A stretch of 64,000 nucleotides of DNA from Mobula hypostoma (lineage: Eukaryota): assembly GCF_963921235.1 (NCBI RefSeq), contig NC_086097.1:201068001-201132000 (forward strand), given 5' to 3'. Position 1 is the first letter of the stretch, and every line of letters begins with the position of its first letter. Positions 1-14,320 of the stretch are shown here, in pieces. The notes under the pieces were generated by a model. It was given only the letters and a program-made list of their open reading frames with translations, made no database searches and was not told the origin of the DNA. The position numbers and the translations under genes were made by a program.

Positions 1-1920
1 GAAGATTTAATATTCTTGATTTCTATTTAAATAGTGATTGTTTTAAAATTGTAACCTCAATAATTTGCTAGCAATGAGTCAAGTTTAGCACCAATGATTA
101 AGTGCAGGCCAAGTGCTTCCATCTGCGCTAATAGTGCACTTTCATCCACAGCCACTTTAATTGCTGGTTTTGCAGCAACAACAAGACCACCTGTTGCAGG
201 CAGGATGCCATTCAAACCATGGTACAATTTGAAAGCAATGAGGTTGAGCCTAAAAGAGATTCAGTTAAGTTAAATCTTTAAGGATGCTTCTTCTGTTTGT
301 CCAAGGGAATGTGAATGTATTCTGATATGGTTTATCCTCTCATACTCCTGATTATCTTTAGATACCCTCTCAATAATTAATGGTGGGACAGATGGCTAAA
401 TGTAGAAAGAATTGATGTTTAGAGACATTACCACACCAGGAGGGCTGAATTAGTTCTACAATCCTGCCTGTTGACCCTCTCAAACTCCTACTGGGTTGAG
501 CAGGAATCTGGCCCAGAAGATGTAAAGGAGGTACAGGAATTCCAGTGAGAGGTGTCACAGTATTTTCTTTATGTGGTTGTTGCCAAATCCCTCAGTTAAG
601 CTTGGGATTCAATTTCTTGGTTTCTTTTTAGCTGTACAATGCATTTAATTTTGTATTTCATTCATACAGACTCCTTCAAAAATCATTCATTCTAGAAATT
701 GGTTATTCTTAAATTTGTCTACTTATAACTTTAATTCTTATTTCAATCACCTAACCTTGATTTTGTAACAGTCTACTCAGATCAATATAATTCATGACTG
801 ACTGTGATTAACTATCAATTTTGTTCACTCATGCATCAATCGATCTATAAATATTGGCCAAATATATTTCATTTTCCAAATTTCTCCTTTAAACTTTCAC
901 CACTACTCCTAATGATATTTGCAGAGGATCCAAGACAAATAGATAATCTATTGAAATGGACATAATCTTCAAATGTAAATAAGAAAGCTTTGTAAAGACC
1001 ATTTAAATATAAGTGGGATATCAATATAAATGGTAACAAAGCATTTCAGTCATTGTTTTTGTAATTAAGTTTTGATCAAATCACAGATCCCAACCTCCTT
1101 TCTCCACAAGGATTATATCACAGACTCTGACAATTTTTTTTTTGTAAGAATGAAATCAGTTCATGTTCATACATTACTGTGGAAATAAAGCTTATTTTAT
1201 ACTAAAGATTGTGTAAGATAACATGCAAGAATACTCAGAAGGTTCACTGCTTGAGCGATTAGTGCTTCTTGATACTGACATAAAATGGCAGCTGAAGATT
1301 CTACACTGGCAACGAAACATCATCAGTGATAAAAAAAAACAGGCTAAGCAAAATGCACCAATGTAGGTTTATCAACTATTATCTCACTGTAGTTTAGTGA
1401 TAACTTATGTGATAATAGTGGCTTTAGAAGTCTTTCATTGTAGTAAAGTACTTTGGTAAAACATGATATACACTGAATGCTAATTCTTCATTTTTGTACT
1501 GATAGATATTTTTATACTGCTTCATAATAAATTGAAATCAAGAATATAGTACATTGAAACATTTTGGATATATAATCAACTAGCATGCAACTTAATTTTC
1601 TCTGGAACCGTACCAGTTAATGGAACAATTGTCAAAAGGTCTGAGACACAACATATTGATTTATCTTTTATCTTTTTAGCTGTAGACTGACTTTCAGTGT
1701 ACTTCCAGCAGGTTTTTATATTATTTCAGAATTGCACCTTTCTCTCTTTCTTCCATTTACAGAAGTCAATACACTTGAGTAAAATTTCCTTGCAATGCCC
1801 AAAACACTGTTATTAACCTGCCAAAGAGTTAACTGTTGCATTAAAGTAAATTGATGATAAATATTATATGAACACATCAACAAGTACATAAACTAATAAA
1901 ATTCATCTCTAATAATACAT

Positions 1921-2023
1921 ACAAACATACAAAATGCTGGAGGAACTCAGCAGGTCAGGCAGATTTTATAGAAATGAATAAACTGTCAATGTTTCAGGCT
2001 GAGACCCTTAGTCAGGACTGGAA
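1921..2023 (-). mobile_element. Old Penelope-like pseudo-LTR remnant with degenerate hammerhead motif
   Basis: Minus strand reads CAGTC-CTGACTA-AGGGTCTCAGCCT-GAAACATTGACAG followed by CTGCCTGACCTGCTGAGTTCCTCCAGCATTTTG, resembling the pLTR copies at 15.6, 30.7 and 57.7 kb. The core is mutated (CTGACTA instead of CTGANGA). Confidence 0.7.
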
Positions 2024-4284
2024 TAAAATTAATCTTTATTGTGTTCAATGTATTACTTACTTGTATCATAAATGTACTGCTTGTTTTCATACAATAGAAT
2101 ATGCTCTGTTCAGAGTGTTCTTCAGACTATCGATTTTACTGCTACTGAAAAACTTACCAGATTCTGATTAGTAAGTATTACCCTATGCTGGCAGGTAAAA
2201 TGAGGTGGACCCTGGTGAAAATGTTCTCATAGGGTCAGTGATCACTATACGATGTGCACTAAACATTTTTTCTTTTTGCATAATATTTACCTCGAGATTG
2301 CTTCAGGCTAATGTCTCAATAATTTCTACTCCTTTCGCAGGTCTTTAACACAAAGGACTTGACTAATGATCCATAGACAAAATGAAGCATTTGAATTTAT
2401 TCATTAATCATTCATCTCCAGCTCATTGAAAACTTTAAACTTCCACAAAATTAAGATAAAATACGAAGCATGGTAATATGCAGGCTGCTTTTGCTACTCA
2501 AAACTATTGACAAGCGTTAACAAATAGCCACCAGGTAGAATGTGTAACACCATTATACATCTATACAGATTGTTACTACATGTATAAAGTTTCAGTGATG
2601 AACTGTAAAGTTATTAGTTAGGCCTGAGCAATAGACAGAAATCTGGAGAAGCGTACAGTCACTGTCAACATCGCCAGTAATTATTCTCTTTTCCAATTAA
2701 TCATGACATAGATTAATTATCAGATGAGGCAAAGCCAATTGCAATCAGTCACCCAAAGCTGAAATTAGATCATTCCTGACAGCAGCATGAAAGTCACCTG
2801 TTTCATTGTTATGGATTTGCTGTAAGTAAAAGAAGACAAAGCATGATGGGAGGTGACTGAGCTGCAGTCCATACAAGTGTGAAATGGCAAACAGGTGAAT
2901 GTCCAATTACACCGTTACTTGAACTGCATGACTTTTCTTGTCTTTGATTATACCACCTTGGTTACACTGTTTGTTTTCAATATCTTCCTTTGTCTCACAA
3001 GCATCTGCCAAAGAGTGTAGGAAAGTAGACATATGCTGAATGGATTTTGACATCTCCCCCTGTTAATAATAAACAAACAAATATTGTCACTGATTATTGA
3101 TCAATTGAGAAATTAACATTACAGTTACATCAAATGTGTTAGAGCATTCAATGTATATGCCAATTTATTTCTTCAGATTTTACACAATATTAATTTACAT
3201 GGAGATACTAACCATATCTGAGAAACAAAAGTCAGAATTGATCTTGTACTTTAACAAACTGGTGCATTATCTAAGTGACTCGGCTGAACCAAATCCAGTC
3301 AGGTATAAGATCTGAGAACTAATTTCCTCAGAATTTCCATTTGTTCAGAAGGTCTGTGACTTCCATGCAACTCTGAAACTTGCAGCCATTTAAGGGTTAC
3401 AAATGGAAACATAAACAATCAAAAATCACATTCTAGTTGTCAAAGTACATTGTGGTAAAGATATAGCAGAAAAGACTTGAGCTCATATTTTGAAGAGTAA
3501 CTACATGAACAACTTTAGTTATTTTACATGATGTAAAGGCATAGGTTTTGATTGCCGCAGATGAGAAATTATGCAATATTAAATTGTAAATGCATATTTT
3601 TTCATTAAGAATCATCATGAGACCCACAGCCAGAACAAAGAGAGTTATTATACTAGTTTTGCATATTTTCCGGCTCAATCTGCATTATTGTCTTAAAGGG
3701 TATGTGAGATAATTTGTTTGCAATTTAGTAAAATATTAATAACTTGTATTTATATATCACCATTAATGTATCAAAGCTCTACATTTTGTATCTACTTTTG
3801 AGTTGCATTGCTTTTCAATTAATACTTTGTTTTATGCAAAAGGCAACCTTTACAAATTTTACTAACATATCGTATCTCAGATTTCATATTTATAGAAAAT
3901 TATCTAATTAATCTACATACCTACTATCTATTCTTGTGCTAAATGAGAACTTGTGTGCTTTCAAAGAATATACAACATTTGGAAGCTTCAGTAATCCATC
4001 ACACACACTATAAATCATCACAGCAAAATTCTATTAGAAGTAATGATTTTTATTTCCTCAACTTATTTTAAACCAGAAAAGTTCTTAATAATAATTGGTG
4101 ATTCTTGGGGGTAGTATAATTGATGCACATGTTACAGTAGGGTTCTCCATTTAATCCTAGTGTCTGTTGGTGGAAATATCACTTAAGGCAAGAAGTCAAC
4201 ATGTTTGAGAATGTTTGTAATGCATAGATGAAAAAGAAGGGCAAAATGGTGGTTTAGAAGGTAGGCTTCCATGATCAATGGACC

Positions 4285-4420
4285 AGCAACTGATCATGAT
4301 GTTGGGTGTTGTCTATATGGAATTTGCATGTTCTCACTGTGACTGTACGGTTTCTGCTGGATCCTCCAGGACATTCCTACATCCCAAAGTAGGCTATTAA
4401 ACTACAGTAAATTTGCCACT
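4285..4420 (+). mobile_element. Degraded V-SINE (HE1-like) fragment
   Basis: GGAATTTGCATGTTCTCACTGTGACTGTACGGTTTCTGCTGGATCCTCCAGG...CCTACATCCCAAAG resembles the V-SINE central domain. Confidence 0.55.
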
Positions 4421-5179
4421 GCAACTTCAGAGCAGGATTATGACTGCATTGCTTGTGCCTATCAAGATAAATGAAGATTTTTTATATGCCTAACTCCTTC
4501 AGGAATGCAGTTGAAGATGTTTCAATATTCAGTTGTTGATGACAGGAAATAAACATTTTCTATTCAAAGCATTCATATTGTGCACAGCTTTGTGAGGATT
4601 GTCACGTTTTTCAGAGTGCTATTTTTTGGTTGGCAGCTGAATCTTCCAGGGAACTGCACACCGTCGTGTTTTTCCTGATGAGGCTGTAGGCCACTTGGGG
4701 TTGGTGAATCAACAGCTGTATCTTGCAAATCAGAGGAGAATTTAGGATGAAGGGCAAATGGAATGGGAGGAGGGTGATAGAGCAAGTATGTCCACTCATC
4801 TTCAATAGTCTCAATCCCATCATTGACCAGAGATGCTCTAATTATTGTTATAATAATGGGAACCACTCTGTCCTCTAATGGTGACTTGTGCTGAATGTAA
4901 AATGATACATATCCTGCATAGACTTGTTGCTGCTTGTGTTATATGTGATGCACAGTATGTTGCAAGATGAAGGCAGTTGTGTAATTGAGTGCCATACAAT
5001 GACTTTGGTGATGTGCCTGCCGCAGTTAAATAGCTGGCAGATTGTCTATGATGTACCTCCGTAAGGTTTGGAGAACCATGAATGTGTGATGATTGTTAGC
5101 AGGTGGATGACTGGGCTAGAGTGCATTGAGCATGGCCAGGTTGTAGTGGTGTGGGAGGTAGGATACACCAGCCAAGTAT

Positions 5180-5910
5180 GTCTTCCATAGAGACAGCCAC
5201 AAAACAAAGAAAACCATAGAACCTATTCAAAGGATAACATCAAACCACTTCCCCACACAAAAAAGCAAATCACACAAATGGCAACAAAAAAATGAAAAAC
5301 GCAGAATATAAAACAAAATTGAAATAATCCATATTTAGTTCAGCTCAGTTCACTATCTGCAGGCCACACCAATCAAAACTGGCGAAAGTAGCAACAAAAA
5401 AGGAGTGACCAGAGACCAGATTCATTTTGTAATGTGAACTGCAGAGTCTAATCCACAAACTGCGTTGATTAAATCTTTCCTAAAACCTGGAACTCCAGCA
5501 CCATCCTCCGACAGCATTGAGGGAGAGAGGGACCATTTGAACACAGGCAGCTTCCTCTGGGAGAAGTGAGTGAGAAGAAGAGAGACTATCACACACAGGC
5601 TCCTCCTTCCGACAGTTTATCTTCCGCACTTGCCTCGGTGATTTCAATCTTCCTCGCTGCTTTAATTGGTGAGATCTACAAGGAATGGAGTCAAACATGG
5701 GCTCTTCAAGCTCGCTGGAAGCTTCATGGAGCCCTCTTGGAGCCAGCAAAGCAGCAGATTGCTCAATTAGCCTGAAAACACATCACTAAAATGTAGATCA
5801 CAGGCTCCAACAGTAGCACATCAACATTTGAAAGAAAAAGATTTAAGAGAAGTGGAAGAGGTAGTTCCGTGAACCATCTGGAGGATGTTGCCCTTGGTCG
5901 CATCGTTTGC
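5180..5910 (-). repeat. Non-coding interspersed repeat (non-autonomous retroposon-like)
   Basis: Begins with ACAGCCACAAAACAAAGAAAACCATAGAACC, shared with the copies at 27.0 and 46.4 kb. Its GC-richer body has no recognisable ORF. Confidence 0.4.
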
Positions 5911-7739
5911 TGGCCCCTTTAAGAAGTGCAAGATGACAGGCAGCTTGAACTGTTGCTAACCACCAACAAAAATGGCCCCATAGTAATGTTTTAAAGTAGT
6001 CTACACGATTGATAGCATTGCTAGGATCTTGAAAATGCCATCATGAATAGAAGCACAAATTTCAGACAAAAACTATGGTCGAATGGACATAGGGTAACCA
6101 TGCAAATTGCTCCCAAAGCACTTTCCCCTGAATTATTCAAATGTATCCTTTTAGTATTTATTTAATAATGTTAAGATGGGGATCTTACACTGCTATCCTT
6201 TACAATCACAGATTAAATAAAGATTTAAATACAAAATCTGAACAGAAATAGTGAAAAATAACTCAAAGCTAATGAAGAGTTTTGTTTTTTTTATTGACAT
6301 TAATCCCATCATTTTATTTAAATATTCTTTATCCAGACATGCAAGCCTTGATCATTTCTGCCTCTTCACTTAGAGTCCTTGTAGTTAAAGTGGTTCACAT
6401 TCTGGAGGAGCAAATTTGTTTGAACTAATGCAATTTTTATGATTATCACACTCATACATTTTTCAATAAGGCAGCAAGTTAAAAATTACGTGGGCAGTGA
6501 AAACGGTGGGAAACTATAACATGCAATGCATAAGTGGGCATCCAATCCATTCACTGTGCCCATCCAAAGGTAGTTCAGCAAATCTTGTGAGATGCATCTG
6601 TGCACTCCAGAACTTTCTTATGAATTTAAAAGTAGTTTCATGCAATAAAAACTCAGCACAAATTAGACAAGGTAGTCAGTAAGATTTATGATGTCCATTA
6701 ACACCGTTAGACTTACATAAGGGATTATTGTATCTATTTAAGTGTCAGTGTATTATATCACAAAGATGGTTTCAATGTTCTTGTAGGTCTGTTGAAATTA
6801 ATAACTTAATTCAATGGCACTGGTCACATAATTTTTGTGCATTCATTAAGTAAAATCCCTTCTTCATGTTAATTGGTGCCCAAATAGGTATATGAACCTC
6901 ACATACATAGGTCATATCCTGAGAAGCTAAAATATTACAGTAGACTGTTCCCCCGCCACCCCCGCAGAATCTGTTGAACAGTATGTTAATAAGGCAATGG
7001 TTAAAAAAAAAGTAGATATCCTTACAGCTCCAGTGCAGCCATATTGTGCAAGACTATCTCCAGAACATAACAGAAAAGATCAAGTTATCTATGTGACAGA
7101 GTTTTAGGTCAAGGGCAACTTTAATTCCCACCAGAAGTATAGACATGCTGTATCCAGATAACAAACAGCTCTGGTTTTACAGAATTCTGTAAGTCCTTTT
7201 TGTCCTTAAGTCAGAAAATATATAAAAATCGCTCGATACAGTAACTATACTTCCACAATATTGTAATGAATGTCATCAGGACACATAAGACTGACAAGAA
7301 AGAACAATTTCTCAAAGTGGACAGTGAAAGGAAACTAGCTCTGCCATTTAAAGAGACAAATGTATGTACATACATTGAAGTTTAATGGGATTTTCTTCCT
7401 ACATAGAGGTGTCCATAAATTGGGTCCATGACTGTACCTTCAAAATTCCCTCTCATGTTAGCTCAACAAACATTTGAGCAAACAATAATGCTCAAACTCC
7501 TGACTGAACTGCTGAGTATTTTCAGTAGTAGTTTGTAATAGTTTGCTTTTGAAGCTGAGTCTTATCTTCTTGGAGCTGAATCCATTGTGTGTACTCTGAG
7601 ATTCGCTCTATTACATTGTAGAAATCAGGTGGGTAACAGAATACTTCCCACTGCAGTTCCAAAAATATTTAAGGATCAAACACTATTCAGAACAGAACAA
7701 CCCATATCTCTCCCTCTCTTTCCCAGCTCTCTCCTTTTT

Positions 7740-8205
7740 GAGGATCTAATATATTGATGCAATTACAAGGAAGGCACAACAATGGCTATATTTCATTGGG
7801 AGTTTGAGGTGAATTGGAATGTAACCAAAGACACTCACAAATTTCTATAGAAGTACTGTGGAGAGCATTCTAACTGTTTACATCACTGATAGAGAGTGGC
7901 CACTGCACAGGATCAGAAAAGATGCAGAAGGTTGTAAACTCAGCCAGCTCCATCATGGGCACTAACCTCCCCAGCATCCAGGACACCTTCAAAAGGCAAT
8001 GCCTCAAAAAGGGAGCATTCATCATTTGGGGCCTCCATCACCAAGGACAAACCTTCTTCTCAGTACTACCATCAAGGAGGAAATACAGGGGCCTGAAGAT
8101 GGAACAGCTTCTTCCCTTCCACCATCAGAGTTCTGAATGGACAATGAACCCATGAACACTACCCTCTATTTTACCCCTCTCTTTTTGCACTACTTATTTA
8201 ATTTA
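7740..8205 (+). mobile_element. Rex1/Babar-type LINE, 3' fragment
   Basis: Translates to TNFYRSTVESILT...MQKVVNSASSIMGTNLPSIQDTFKRQCLKK...FFSVLPSRRKYR, typical of the Rex1/Babar RT C-terminus. Confidence 0.7.
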
Positions 8206-8229
8206 ATTTTTCTTTTCTGCTTATTTATC

Positions 8230-8366
8230 TATTTGTTTGTTTAATAAGGGCCCTTCTTGCACCTTCAAGCCACACTGCCAGCAACCCCCAATTTAACCTT
8301 AGCCTAATCATGGGACAATTTACAATGACCAATTAACCTACTAACTGGTATGTCTTTGGACTGTGT
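8230..8366 (-). mobile_element. V-SINE (HE1-like) 3' half
   Basis: GGACAATTTACAATGACCAATTAACCTACTAACTGGTATGTCTTTGGACTGTG, homologous to the SINE at 20.7-21.0 kb. Confidence 0.6.
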
Positions 8367-10928
8367 CATATATATTTAGGCTTTTGTCCTTTGTCTTCAA
8401 AAGTATGCATGAGTTACGTGAATGGTGAATACTGGGCTGCTTTTCCTTGTATGCTGGCCTGTTATGAGATCTGCCTATTAAAGCGGATTAGGACTTTCAC
8501 TACATTTCCATGTGTATCCAGTCATCTTTTTGTCTGAGGGTTAAAGTTATCTTCAGTCAATCAACCAAAAGTGCAGCAAGTAAGTCATTGAAAAACTGCT
8601 GGTTTCTAAATTATATCTGTTGTTTAAATTTTAATCCACGCAACATAATCTTGAAATGCGATTGTAGTCCATTTCAGAATTAAGCCTCTATTATTTCAGT
8701 TCTTTGTAATTCATACCAACCAAGTTACTTACTCAAAATGAAATTGTATATTCTTTTTCTAAAGGGCCTTAAACAAGTTATATTTTTCTTTAAAATAAAC
8801 ACCAAATTTGTACTCATTAAATATTTTACTATGACAACATATTTCAACCTGCTTCATTCCATCCTATAAAAGCATACCTGAACTATCTTACTTCCAGCAA
8901 GCTGTTTTCCTTTTATTGACAATGGCTGTTCTTTCATGCTGCATTATTTTCAAAGACAATGAAATGTCAAACTCCCTTTTGAAACCACATTGATGCTACT
9001 CAACATTTTAGCTAAGTTGCAAGCTGAAAGTGAATTGCATCTCCAGCAGTGAATTGGCTTAAGGCACTTATCCTACAACTTTGAATTATCAGCAGCTTTT
9101 CTCCCTGGCATTTAAATCAGTACTACGTTGAAAAAGAGCAATTACAGATAAAGGCTAAACAATTTAAATATTCACAGGTTCTTTCTATAATTCAACATTG
9201 GTGTGGTTCAGTGACATATATAGTTTTTAGCTGAATGCAACTTTGGATTTTATTAAGGCTTTAAAAATGTGCAGCACAATACCGAATAAAAGCAAATCCA
9301 CGTGATGCTATGATAACCAATGATAAGCAAAAGATGAAAGGGATGAAATTGGTCTATTCTCTTTTCCTTTCTATGCCCATATTACCAGATCATCAACCAC
9401 TGCTAATTAAGGGGATGGTCACCAGGTACAGGAAGCTTGACGAGAACTTCTCAATTTTGGTAGGAAAGTTCCAACAGCGTCTTTCCATTGCTTCATAGCT
9501 GAGCGTGTCATCCAACAAAATGAGTCTGAATCAGATCTGTATTTTGTTACTCATCTTCTGTCTATTGTCCTATCACACTCATTCTGTTAACAATTATGCA
9601 TAATAATCATAACTGAGACCAATGCTAATTCAACTGATTCAGCTGAGATCTGTTTTAAGAATACAAATCTGTCTAATGAATCATGATGTACTGAATTTAT
9701 ATGAATGGTTTACAGTTGTTACCATTTCTAAAGAAACTATCTCATTGGAAAATGGGAACTGGCCTGTAGGTATGAGGCATCAGTAGATAACATGGCAATA
9801 TTCTTTCTGAGGAAAAATATGAGGTCTTACATGTAAGTAAGTAAAAATATAAAAGAGGAATAGATGACAACAAATAGACTATTTGTGACATAAGCTACAT
9901 ACTTAACTTACTGAGTCTTAAATTTTACAATTATTTTCCTGCTTTGCGTATATCCTTTATGTATTCCAAATGCAAACACTACCAGATCTCCAAAAGAAAT
10001 TTATAGTCTGGTTTGCAGTTTGTCATATTAAAATGAAATATAGACATAAAAATATAATGATGTGAATTCATTTTTAAGCAAGCCAATGTTTTTTTAATGA
10101 CATACTAACTTTCCTTTTTAATATTCTTGTTTTAGATATTTTAACCACCTGATATAATGAATTGATACTTTCATATAAACATCTACTTTTTCATTGATGG
10201 AAAGGGGAGAAATTGAATCTTGTTTTGATCAGGTTATAAAGGTATTATGCCTAAGGCTTTCTGATTTTACGAAAAAATGATTTCTTGTGAATGCTAAATT
10301 ATTAACACGTTAACATAAGTGAATGTAAAGCAAAGTTTCCTGATAGTTTTCATAGTCAGCAACATTATATTTGAAATAAAAATAGAGTAGCATTGCATTA
10401 TTTTTCTGACTACCAGGCCAAGTCAGTGCTGGCAATTCAAAGACTAAATTATTGATTTTACACACCAATAAATTCTAATGAGAAATAAAAAAGTACAAAA
10501 CATTTAAATTGATTTATAAATATTTCTGTGCTTTAGAAACATTTGTACTATTCAGCAAAATATAATAGAGTAGTAAATATAACCATATTGATAATAAATA
10601 AAGATTGCTTACTGGAACAAAAAAGTATGGTTCATTGATTTAGTTTTTTTACATCAACTGCAAATTGAACTGTACTAATAAACTGTAATGCTTGTCAGAA
10701 GTGTTGGCCCATCACATAGATAGATGTAACAGCATTGTATTGATAGATCTTATGCTTTTTTATGTGTCAGATGTAGTTTCTCTGGGAATTTCATTGATAA
10801 GAATTTGCTGTCTGTGAAAGAATTCAAGATCAGAGGTATACCTGAAAGGATTCATAACTTATCCTTATATAATATAGGACTTTCCTTCCCTTTTATATGT
10901 ATTTTTTCTGATTTCCAGAATGCTCAAG

Positions 10929-10984
10929 ATACTGAGGTTAGGCATTTACTAAACCAATACTGAGGTTAGGCATTTACTAAACCA
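10929..10984. repeat. Perfect 28-bp tandem duplication
   Basis: ATACTGAGGTTAGGCATTTACTAAACCA at 10929-10956 and 10957-10984. Confidence 0.95.
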
Positions 10985-12439
10985 AGCCCAAAAATTATAT
11001 AAAATCATCTAATTCATATGTTGCCATATGTTGGAATGTAATTTTTGATGGTACTCTTATGCACACATCACCATAAATGTAGAAGAGAAATAAACAATAG
11101 TATAAGCAAGGAAAAAACAGCATTACTCCACCTTCAATGCTGGTTCGAGACATTGTAATAGGGACAGCTCTGCTCAAGTAGAAACTATTCCATAAACTTT
11201 GTTGAAATTTTATTAATTATAAATTTTAATAAGAGTGCTGTTTGGTGCACAATGATGGAAATTTATGGATTTATCTGTTATTACTGTAAATCAGTAACAT
11301 GCATACCAATAATCCAGTGTTGGTGCTTCCAAATAATTCAATACCAGTGCTATTGAAGAACAATGACAAATGGTTGCAAGTAGTAGCATCGTGTACAGTA
11401 ACTGCAGTCCTCTTATAAACTAATTATGGATAGCAAATTCAGTTAGCATGAAAAATATTTGTGCATAGAAATCAGATTTTGCTTTTTAGTGGGTGTTGCT
11501 TTGAGATCTGAAGTCCATTGTGAAATTAGGAAAATTAGCAGTAAAAATATATTAGAGTGATTGCTGCATTAAATCATTACTTATGTGTTTTTTTTAAATT
11601 GCAGCTTCCTGCAGAAATTACTGCAACTGCCACTGGCAATTATGAGAAGTAGGTCTTAGCTGTAAAGCCCCCTTGCCATGGCAAGTTTGTAACAAAGAGG
11701 ATTACTGAGCAAGTGAGGGATAACATATGTCTTCACTGCATTCCCTATCTCTACCCTTGTAATCACTGGTGCCACTCTCAGTCACAAGCTTATGACTCTG
11801 CAGACATCATAGAATGGATTTCTGCCACACATAGCTGCAATAAGAACTGAGAGACAAAGCAATAATTTCTGAAGCATGCAGAGCATCAAAATCTGGGTAA
11901 GCGGAAGCAGAGAAGCACAAGTGGATGTCCTGTGTCCCCCTAATTCATACCACTTTAATTACTTACCAGACAGTTTTCTCCTCGTTTACTGATGTTTATA
12001 AATGAAAGGAATAAATGGCAAATTATTGCTCCAATTACTAATGGTAAGGTAGAGATGAGTGCCATGACTGCTGATCTCATCATTCCATGAACGACTGAAA
12101 AATTTTTACTGCACAAAGATGACTAAAATGCCCGGTGCAATTTCGGGATGGACTTCCACCAAAAATGGTCAATAATGCATTAAAGAATGCATAAGATAAG
12201 ATGTTCTTGCTATGATACTCTTGGCTAACTCTTGTGTCTAATCAAGCCTTGCTTGAAACAAGGCACAAGATAAAGAGGCCCAGAAATTTAGCCATCTAGG
12301 GCCATTATCATTGATGTCATTAATCTCAATTTGTGCAGAACTTTCATCATTACATGAGATTACAACAATGTCTTGTACTTGACATGATTTGCCAAGCTGA
12401 ATCATATGTTTCCATGAGAATCACACGTGCACACTGGTA

Positions 12440-13380
12440 GTATGAAGAATGCACAACAGTAAAATAAATCCCTTTGTAACTGCCACCATCTCCAAGGAGG
12501 AGCCACCACCTTACACATTTTTCTCTTCTTTCCATTTTCAGTATTTCAAAGAGATCACTTCTTTTACCCCTCCCGAGTCCACTCTTCCCTCCTTGCCTTC
12601 TACCCCTATCATATGGCACTTTCCCATGCACCACAGGACTTGAATACCTGCCTTCTTACTCTTCCTTTCCCACCATCCAGGAATGAAGCAGTCTTTGCCA
12701 GTGAAGCAGTAGTCCACCTGTGCTTACCACCTAACATACTTCCTTAAATGTACATAATGCCATTTCCTGTACACTGGAAAGACCAAAATCAGATTGGGTG
12801 ATCATTTTGTGAAATACCTGCACTCAGTCCACAAGAATGACCTTGAACTTCTGGTTGTCTGCCAATGTAATTTCCCATCCCACTCCACTTTGAGCTGTCT
12901 GTCTATGCCCTCTCGCACAATTACAACAGGCCCAGCTCAAGCTTGAGGAACAAAACCTTATCTCCTGTTTCAGATTGTTTTAAGCCTTCTGGATAAAATA
13001 CCAGTTCTCCAGCTTTGAGTAACTGATTTGTCCTTTCTGTCTTCATCAATATCTGGTCATTTCCACTGATCATCTGGTTTGCTTCAGTTTCTCTCCATTA
13101 TTATTGTCTAAGCTGCTGAGGTTGATACACAGTTCCGTGATTAGCAACACATAACACAGATAAAAGAGCATAATCTAATTCTAAAGGCAATATGAACACA
13201 TTTGGTCTCACTCTATCAGAGATATTTTGGTTGCTCTATCAACCTGTCTTTGCAAATGAAAATGAATTTACTTTTGTTCTTTACCTGTTCTGACAAAGGG
13301 CATCAGACATGAAATGTACACCCTGTTTCTGTTTCCACAGGTTCGGACTAAATTGCTGACCGTTTCCAGCATTTTTCATT
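12440..13380 (+). mobile_element. Ancient Penelope-like element: GIY-YIG remnant plus pLTR
   Basis: A frameshifted translation gives FLYTGKTKIRLGDHFVKYLHSV...KLEEQNLI, homologous to the 32.3-32.6 kb GIY-YIG. It ends in a degenerate hammerhead (CTGACAAAGGGCATCAGACATGAAATG, ~13290-13316) and TTTCCAGCATTTTT. Confidence 0.7.
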
Positions 13381-14320
13381 CTGATTAGTGAAATCAATTT
13401 TCTCACACCAACTTGATGCTTTTCGCACCAAATTGGACACAAATAAATACCTATGCACAGTGTGAACCACTCACTGTGTTGAACATCAGAAAAGATCCCC
13501 GCCCTTCTGTTATTTAAGAGAATCTTAAATTGAAGTAAACTTTGTTGGAATTAAGACCATAAGACATAGGAGCAGAATTATAGTATTTAGACTATTGAGT
13601 CTGCTCTGCCATTCCATCATGGCATCACCATCTCAACCCCATTCTCCTACCTTCTACCCATAACATTTGACACCTTTGCTTATTAAAAACCTATCAAGCT
13701 CCTCACTGAATATACCCAATGACTAGGCCTCCACAGTGATCTATGGCAATGAATTCCACAGATTCACCACCCTCTGGCTAAAGAAATTCCTCATCATCTT
13801 TGTTCCAAAGGAATGTTTTTCTATTGTGAGGTTATGCCGTCTGGTCCTAGATGGCCACTATAGGAAACATCTTCTCCATATCCGCTCTAGCGAGGCCTTT
13901 CAATATCCAATAGGTTTCAAGAGATCCACTTCATTCTTCTAAACTCCTGTGAATACATGCACAGAACCACCAAACATTCCTCATTCATTAACCATGCCAT
14001 TCCCAGAATCTTTCTCGTGAACCTCCTCTTGACCCTTTCCAATGCAAGCATGACCTTTCTCAAATAATTGGCCAAAAGCTGCTTACAATATTCCAAGTGC
14101 AGTTTTACCAAGAAGCTTCAGCTTTACACCTTGCTTTTATGCTAACATTGCATTGCCTTCCTTACCATTGACTCAGCCTGCAAGTTAACTTTAGGGAATC
14201 CTACAAAGGATTCCTAAGTCCTTTTCTTCCTCTGATTTCCAATTGTTTTTCCTGTTTAAAAGATAGTCTATGCCTTTATTCCTTCTACCAAAGTGCAAGA
14301 CCATATTCTTCCCTACACTA

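Noticed and set aside
4573..4866. 97-aa minus-strand ORF
   Set aside because: No recognisable motifs and no exon structure.
11961..12020. Possible minus-strand micro-exon (CAG|TAAACGAGGAGAAAACTGTCTG|GTAAGT, 11967-11988)
   Set aside because: It is 22 nt and so not frame-preserving, its polypyrimidine tract is weak, and no partner exons are recognisable. It would need RNA-seq support.
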